A stretch of 29,188 nt of DNA, taken from the NCBI RefSeq assembly GCF_006345805.1, contig NW_021832117.1, positions 1-29,188 on the forward strand, written 5' to 3'. Numbering within the stretch: position 1 is the stretch's first letter; each line of letters opens with the position of its first letter. The DNA comes from Octopus sinensis (lineage: Eukaryota). Shown piece by piece: positions 22,064 to 29,188 of the stretch. The position numbers and the translations under genes were made by a program. The notes under the pieces were generated by a model. It did no database searches, was not told the DNA's origin, and was given only the letters and a program-made list of their open reading frames with translations.

Positions 22064-22743
22064 TTCTTTCTTGACCACAAAGAGTTTACATCAAGAAAAA
22101 AACTTATGGACGGTACAGGACAAAACATTGAAAGTGTGCGTGTGTGTTGTGAGGGTTTCGTGAGTAAACAAGTTTACCGTATAAAAAGAATGCTTTCTTT
22201 TTTGGTCAAAAATGACCATCCCCAAATATAACAATGAAATGCTTTCTGTATTAATCACCAGGGGTCGACAAAAACATCGTGGAAAGTAGAGGACGATAAA
22301 CATTTAAAAATAAGAGGCAAACAGCAAGATGGCGACGTATCAGGAAGAAGACAATCCACTGGAGGAGAGGAAAGTCGGTCGAGTCCTGAAGAAATTGATG
22401 TGTATGTGAACGTCAGTGTGTGTGTGTGTGCGTGTGTGTATAGTAGTGAGGATGTATGTGTGCGTGCATGAGAGTCTATGTATGGGTGTGTGTGAGAGCA
22501 TCTCTCTATATATATGTGTGAAGCTGTGTCAGTGAGAGAGAGATGGAGGAAGAGTGTATGGGTGGTGTATGAATATGAATGTGTGTATGTGTGTGAATGT
22601 GTGCGTTTGTGTGTTTGTGTTGAGTGTGTCTGTGTGCGCGCGCGCACGTGAATGCGTCGGCTGTTTTTGCCTTCCAGAAAAGGATTTTGTCAGATTAAAG
22701 CGGAAATGATTGCCACAGCCAATATAAATATATAAATATGTAT

Positions 22744-22744
22744 G

Positions 22745-22810
<66 letters not shown>

Positions 22811-22829
22811 TAATAATAACAACAACAAC
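22744..22829. repeat. (AAT)n/(AAC)n microsatellite
   Basis: Direct reading of the sequence. Confidence 0.95.
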
Positions 22830-23116
22830 GAAACAAATATGTAAAAGCATACTTCGAGTGGTTTTAATTTTAAATTACTCTTAAGCCTGCATGTCACCCG
22901 ATATTGGTGAGGATTGACATGTGTGTATACATACGTATGTATGTATGTATATATGTATGTATATATGTATGTATATATGTATGTATGTATGGATGGATGG
23001 ATGGATGGAGATGTATGTATGTATGTATGTATGTATGTATGTATGTATGTATGTATCTATATCCGTGTATATATATATGCATATATATATACATACACAT
23101 AGACATATACATATAG

Positions 23117-23431
23117 TATTTTTTTGTATTTATTATTGTATTTATATTTGTGTAACTTTGTTTTTTCCGTCCTTGTTTTTGTATAGATTCGCTGCTTTCT
23201 TCCAAGGAATCTAATGCTCTTAGCTTAGTTATTCCTTGGGGCTGGTCAGATTGGAGCAATCTCAAGAATATTCAGCCGAAATTGCGATGATAATCTGGGG
23301 CTTGACTGAGGAAAGAAAACTTCGAATGACCCGTCCTTGGTTTCTTTGTATCGTCTGTCAGGATGTTTTGTTTTCCCTTTTTATATCACCTAGCTGTGCG
23401 GATGCTTTGCGTTCTTGTCCCATTTTGTATT
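23117..23431 (+). mobile_element. Family C repeat fragment
   Basis: Close reverse complement of 1376-1690. Confidence 0.8.
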
Positions 23432-23662
23432 ATATATATATACACATACACACAGAGGAACACATCCGAGTCTGTCTTGTATATATATGCACCACCAGTT
23501 ATAAACTATGTGTGTGTATATGGGTGTGTGTGTATGTGTGTATGTATGTGTGGGTATATGTGCATGTACATATGCATGTGGATATATGTATATATACATA
23601 TATATATATACAAACATACACACACACTCATACATACATACATATATATGTGTGTATATATG

Positions 23663-23725
<63 letters not shown>

Positions 23726-24078
23726 CAGGCGCCACGTACCCTCTTAACATTAATGTGAGCACATATTCTTAATACTGGTAACGACTCTTTGTTTGTCTCT
23801 TCCTCTCTCTCTCTTTTACTTGATCTGTCCCCTTCTCTCTCTACTCATCCTCTTTTTCTCTCTCTTTCCTCTGATTCTTTGTCTAATCTTCCACTACCCT
23901 CCTAATTCTTTGTCTCGCTCTGCACTCACAGGTCAACCTTCGACACCCATCCCTTCTCCTCTCTGATTCCTTCTTTCTCTCTCTTCTCTCTCTTTATTGC
24001 GTTTGTCCCTCCTCTCTCTCTCTCCTCTCTCTCTCTCTTCTCCGCTGCTTCTCTTTCTTTTTCTTTCTCTCTCCTCTG

Positions 24079-24560
24079 TCACGTGACTGCTGGCCGAAAT
24101 CTGCCTTTCAGCTTCTGACCAGCGTCGTGTTAACATCGTTGTTTTTCGTCCGCCGCTATAGGCATCGCCGATAAGGCTCCTTTCCTTGCGCCAGAGAAAA
24201 AATTTGTTTGCTTGTTATCAGTCGTAAGACACTTGTTGTTGTTTTCACCGTTAATGCTTCTGTATTTCATGTTTCTGTATTCCATTATTTTTTTGTTTTT
24301 TATATTCGTCCCTTTTGCTGTCCTGGTGTCCGTATGCATTCGATCCCTTTCCAGGAAATCTACGCTCCCAGCTTAGTTTTTCTAATGCTCGTTGCTTAGT
24401 TTTTCTTGGAGGGCTGGCCGTGATCTAGTAATCTCAAGATTAATCAGCCGAAATTACTACGATGATCCGGTTCTTGACTGAAGACTGAGGGTTTCGAATG
24501 TCCTGTCCGTGTTTATTGTATCGTCTTCTAAGAGTTATACGTTCTTGTCCATGTTGTATT
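24079..24560 (+). mobile_element. Family C repeat, diverged, near full length
   Basis: Begins at CACGTG next to a CT tract, like the end of 1376-1865, and ends at TTGTATT before (TA)n. Confidence 0.7.
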
Positions 24561-24575
24561 TTTCTACATACCTTA

Positions 24576-24609
<34 letters not shown>

Positions 24610-24630
24610 TAATATATATATATATATATA

Positions 24631-25243
<613 letters not shown>

Positions 25244-25245
<2 letters not shown>

Positions 25246-25431
25246 CTTTACTCTTTTACTTGTTTCAGTCATTTGACTGCGGCCATGCTGGCGCACCGCC
25301 TTTAGTCGATCAAATCGACCCCGGGACTTATTCTTTGTAAACCCAGTACTTATTCTATTGGTCTCTTTTGCCAAACCGCTAATTGACGGGGACGTAAACA
25401 CACCAGGGGGACGAACACAGACACACAAACA

Positions 25432-25478
<47 letters not shown>

Positions 25479-25641
25479 CGACAGGCTTCTTTCAGTTTTC
25501 CGTCTACCAAATCCACTCACAAGGCATTGGTCGGCCCGGGGCTATAGCAGAAGACACTTGCCCAAGATGCCACGCAGTGGGACTGAACCCGCAACCATGT
25601 GGTTGCTTAGCAAGCTACTTACTACACAGCCACTCCTGCGC

Positions 25642-25643
<2 letters not shown>
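25244..25643 (-). mobile_element. SINE family A, flanked by (TCTA)n on both sides
   Basis: Full head, body and tail. Confidence 0.9.
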
Positions 25644-25713
<70 letters not shown>

Positions 25714-25714
<1 letters not shown>

Positions 25715-26084
25715 CTTTTCCCTTTTATGTTTCTGTCATTTGACTGCTGACATGCTGGAGCAGCACCTTTAGTCGAACAAATTGCCCCTAAGTCGTATTC
25801 TTTATAAGCCTGGTACTTATTCTATCGATCTCTTTTGCCGGGGGCGTAAACACACCAACATCGGTTGTCAAGTGATGGTGGTGGGGGGGGGGAGGACAAA
25901 CACAGACACAGGCAAACACACACACATACACATACGCACACACACACACACACATATATATATATGACGGGCTTGTTTCAGTTTCCGTCTACTAAATCCA
26001 CTCATAAGGCTTTGGTCTGCCCGAGGCCATAGCAGAAGACACTTGCCCAAGGTGCCACGCAGTGGGACTGAACCTGGAATCATG
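25714..26084 (-). mobile_element. SINE family A, 5' part of the head missing
   Basis: Tail and body homologous to the other A copies; ends just past the B-box. Confidence 0.85.
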
Positions 26085-26136
26085 CATATATACATATATG
26101 TATATACTTACATATAATGTATATACATCCTGTATA

Positions 26137-26733
26137 TACAGGATGTCATAAAACGTAAGCAACACGAAATACGAAATACGAAAACACGGAATACGAACTT
26201 TTGTTTGCGAACAACGAAAGAAACAAGTGGAAAACAAGACAAGAAAGATAAGCAACGACTCTTCATCAGTCGTCGGCTGTTTTATCTACTCCACATTTCG
26301 AGCAATTACGACAAGATGACTCTTCGAGAAAACAGTTGCTCTTACAAAAGCAAAATAAAATTTGGGATTTGCGGACGATCAAAGATGGTAAAATCTCCTG
26401 TCAAAGCTTGTTCTTCCAGCCTTCGTCACATCACTTCGTTATGCCTTAGCAAACCTTACTGTTTCTTTTCACTGTCCCGTTTTTGTTATCAACTTTGACC
26501 CTCTACAAATCCTAAATTTATTTTGCTTTTTCGGGAGGAACTGTTATCTCGAAGAGACATCTTGTAATTGCTCGAAATATGGAGTAGATAAAACAGCCGA
26601 CAACTGATGAAGGGTCGTTCTTTATGTTACTTGTCTTGTTTTCCATTTGTTTCTTTCGTTGTTCGCAAAAAAGTTCGTATTCCAGGTTTTCGTATTTCAT
26701 GTTGTTTACGTTTTATGACGTCCTGTACCCATA
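26137..26733. mobile_element. Family D fold-back: two copies in inverted orientation
   Basis: 26137-26396 is the imperfect reverse complement of about 26480-26727. The apparent spacer from 26397 matches 4840-4960. Confidence 0.85.
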
Positions 26734-26895
26734 TATGCGTGCGTATATACATATATATGTAAGTATGTACTTATATGTATATGTTGTATATGTATGTATA
26801 TATGTGCACATATGCATATATATATATTTATATTTTTTATATAATTTTATGTTTGAACGTCACACATCCACGCATCAAATAAGTTTATCTATATC

Positions 26896-26928
<33 letters not shown>

Positions 26929-26978
26929 CATATATACATATATATACATATATATATACATTATATATATATACATAG

Positions 26979-27029
<51 letters not shown>

Positions 27030-27229
27030 TATTTATATATATGTTTTCAGACATGTACGTATATAAGTGAGTGTTGACGTATGCGTATACGTGTGTGTAT
27101 ATATAAAATACTCCCTTATATTTCACAAATGTACGCCTTTATTAATAAGTCTCTCATCATAGGCCTTCATTTTGTTTCTCTCTCCCCCTCTCTCCACGTC
27201 TATACATCCACGCACACACACACACACAT

Positions 27230-27411
27230 ACACGTACTTATATACATACATACACACATGCATACGTACATACATACATACATACATGCATACACACATA
27301 CATACATACATACACACATACATACATACACATACATACATACATACACACATACATACATGCATACATACATACACACATACATACATACATACAAACA
27401 TACATACATAC

Positions 27412-27442
<31 letters not shown>

Positions 27443-27545
27443 CATACATACATACACATACATACATACATACAATACATACATACATACATACATACAT
27501 ACATACATACATACATAAATACATACATAAATACATACATACATC
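27230..27545. repeat. Imperfect (TACA)n microsatellite
   Basis: Direct reading of the sequence. Confidence 0.95.
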
Positions 27546-27694
27546 CCCACACATATATATATTACACACCTGCATTGCACACATAATTCGTGTCTGCTTT
27601 AGGGTTGATCGTGTTTCACAAATAACCTGATCTGTGTCAGGTGTGGGTATAAAAACAAATCTCTGAACGTAAGATTCATTCCCGTTACTTGAGA

Positions 27695-27772
27695 CCACAA
27701 CGATCCTGTTGGTGTTGTGTTCAGTCCCAGTGTGTAGCACGATAGGCAAGGATCTTTTGCTATAGACCCGGG
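27695..27772 (+). mobile_element. Old, diverged SINE family A head fragment
   Basis: GTTCAGTCCCAGTGTGTAGCACGATAGGCAAG..TGCTATAGACCCGGG compared with the A head. Confidence 0.55.
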
Positions 27773-27824
27773 TTTATATATGCCCGTTGTGTATGTGTGT
27801 GTACATTATATGACATATAAAGGG

Positions 27825-27992
27825 TAAAGACCCTCTTACGTTATGAATGATCATGGGATTGCACCTAGAAAATCCCTCTCCGAGGTACATGTCGTTTATA
27901 GAAGGCCAGCAAACGTCTATGCTTATCGGCGTCTCTTCTCCACGCCTCATAATTGTGAGGCCAACATAATTGTGAATCCATGCGCCTTCACA
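27825..27992 (-). mobile_element. Possible decayed SINE of a third family
   Basis: Minus strand starts GTGAAGGCGCATGG, like a tRNA-SINE 5' end. The A/B boxes are not preserved and there is no second copy in the window. Confidence 0.25.
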
Positions 27993-28041
27993 CGCACACA
28001 CACAAAGTATGAATGTATATATATATTTAGATTCAAATGAA

Positions 28042-28257
28042 TATGGTACTTAATTTAGATGCACCAGAATTCTGTATACCTTCTCTATAATATTGCCACT
28101 TGATTTGAAAATTTTTGTATTAATGGAAAACCTCTATAATTGGCTGATGAGTACTCAGCATCTTAAATCTGTTGTAGTACTTACAACATTTAATAAAATG
28201 ATGTAGTACGAAACAATCGTACCAATTACCGGAGTCATTCTTGTTTCTTATTTTGAG

Positions 28258-28262
<5 letters not shown>
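28042..28262 (+). mobile_element. Family E repeat carrying a hammerhead ribozyme
   Basis: Start TATGGTACTTAA..GCACCAGAATT and end TTGTTTCTTATTTTGAGTA(TA)n both match the copy at 24631-24939. Confidence 0.7.
28137..28228 (+). ncRNA. Type I hammerhead ribozyme, complete core
   Basis: Stem I TAATTGG/CCAATTA; CTGATGA at 28144-28150; stem II GTACT/AGTAC with a long extension; GAAA at 28210-28213; stem III AC-aatc-GT; cleavage triplet GTA ending at 28221. Confidence 0.8.
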
Positions 28263-28307
<45 letters not shown>

Positions 28308-28382
28308 TGTATATATATGTATATATATATACATGTTTGTATATACACACACACAGATATATATATATAATTAATATATGCA

Positions 28383-28415
<33 letters not shown>

Positions 28416-28626
28416 AATATATATATCAAAAATTTAACGAAAACACAACAAACAGACAATTTTACAGAAACATTAAAAGCAGAAAATCTGTAGCTAATTC
28501 CTCATCAGTCAACATTCAAAAGATCATTACAATTTCGTGTCTTTAACTTTGACGTTCTCTTCTTTCTTATTATTTACTTTTTTGTGGCGCCATTGGCGAA
28601 AAACCACAGAGCAATGACGAAAACAT

Positions 28627-28735
28627 CCACACATGACAGGCTTCCACACAGCTTCCGTCTACCAATTTCACTAACAAAATATTAGCTGGCCAGGATCTAC
28701 AGATGTCACTTTCCCAAGATGCCACGCAGTGGAAC
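28627..28735 (-). mobile_element. Old, diverged SINE family A fragment
   Basis: GACAGGCTTCCACACAGCTTCCGTCTACCAA..CCCAAGATGCCACGCAGTGGAACTG. Confidence 0.65.
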
Positions 28736-29188
28736 TGTATACGTTGATAAGAGAACAATAACAACAATGGAAAACTCCATATGGAAGCTGAAAGAATATA
28801 TTGCTGATTTTAACACCAAATAGATTTCTAAAGCTGAACAGGCTATATGCCACTGGGTCCCGAAAAATATTAACAATGTACAGCGAGATATACTCATATC
28901 TCGATGAACTTCAAAAGCTACGAATTAAATACCAGAGCTGATTTCTCTTCAGTAGGTGGCTAACTGTGACATATATCTTTTCAGTGTGTGGTTAATCCCA
29001 CCCAAAATAGAGTTGTCCATAATCTTCCGAACTCAGAGCAGTCTCGGTTCATACTAAGTACCCCTGCTCTCGTTTATTTTTGACTTGCTTCTGGCAATTT
29101 TCCACATTGATAATCACACTTTACATTCATATCCGTTACATACACCAGTTAAAGAAATACGTTCATGCATTTTGACAAGTCACATAAT

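Noticed and set aside
26570-26615. Type II hammerhead from GAAA...GTA...CTGATGA in family D (also near 5035 and 15365)
   Set aside because: The segment that would be stem I cannot pair in any of the three copies.

Overview
AT-rich, repeat-saturated eukaryotic DNA. The repeat repertoire suggests a coleoid cephalopod, probably Octopus (inference), and the region looks intronic or intergenic. No intact protein-coding gene can be supported: the long ORFs in the track are translations of microsatellites. The window holds about a dozen copies or fragments of one tRNA-derived SINE family (A), six of a second (B), a CR1/L2-type LINE 3' remnant whose 3' end matches the tail of SINE A, an RTE LINE 3' remnant, a mariner-type MITE, a 3.8 kb ATGT/ATGC satellite, a 1.2 kb GAT array and several small unclassified repeat families (C, D, E). 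The main result is a type I hammerhead ribozyme at 28137-28228 with a complete catalytic core and all three stems. It lies in a ~220 bp repeat (family E) that has a second, rearranged copy at 24631-24939. Several other small families carry intact or decayed hammerhead-like cores a short distance upstream of a microsatellite, and some sit in inverted arrangements, which points to non-autonomous Penelope-like or retrozyme-like elements. All structures were paired by eye; no database search or folding program was run.
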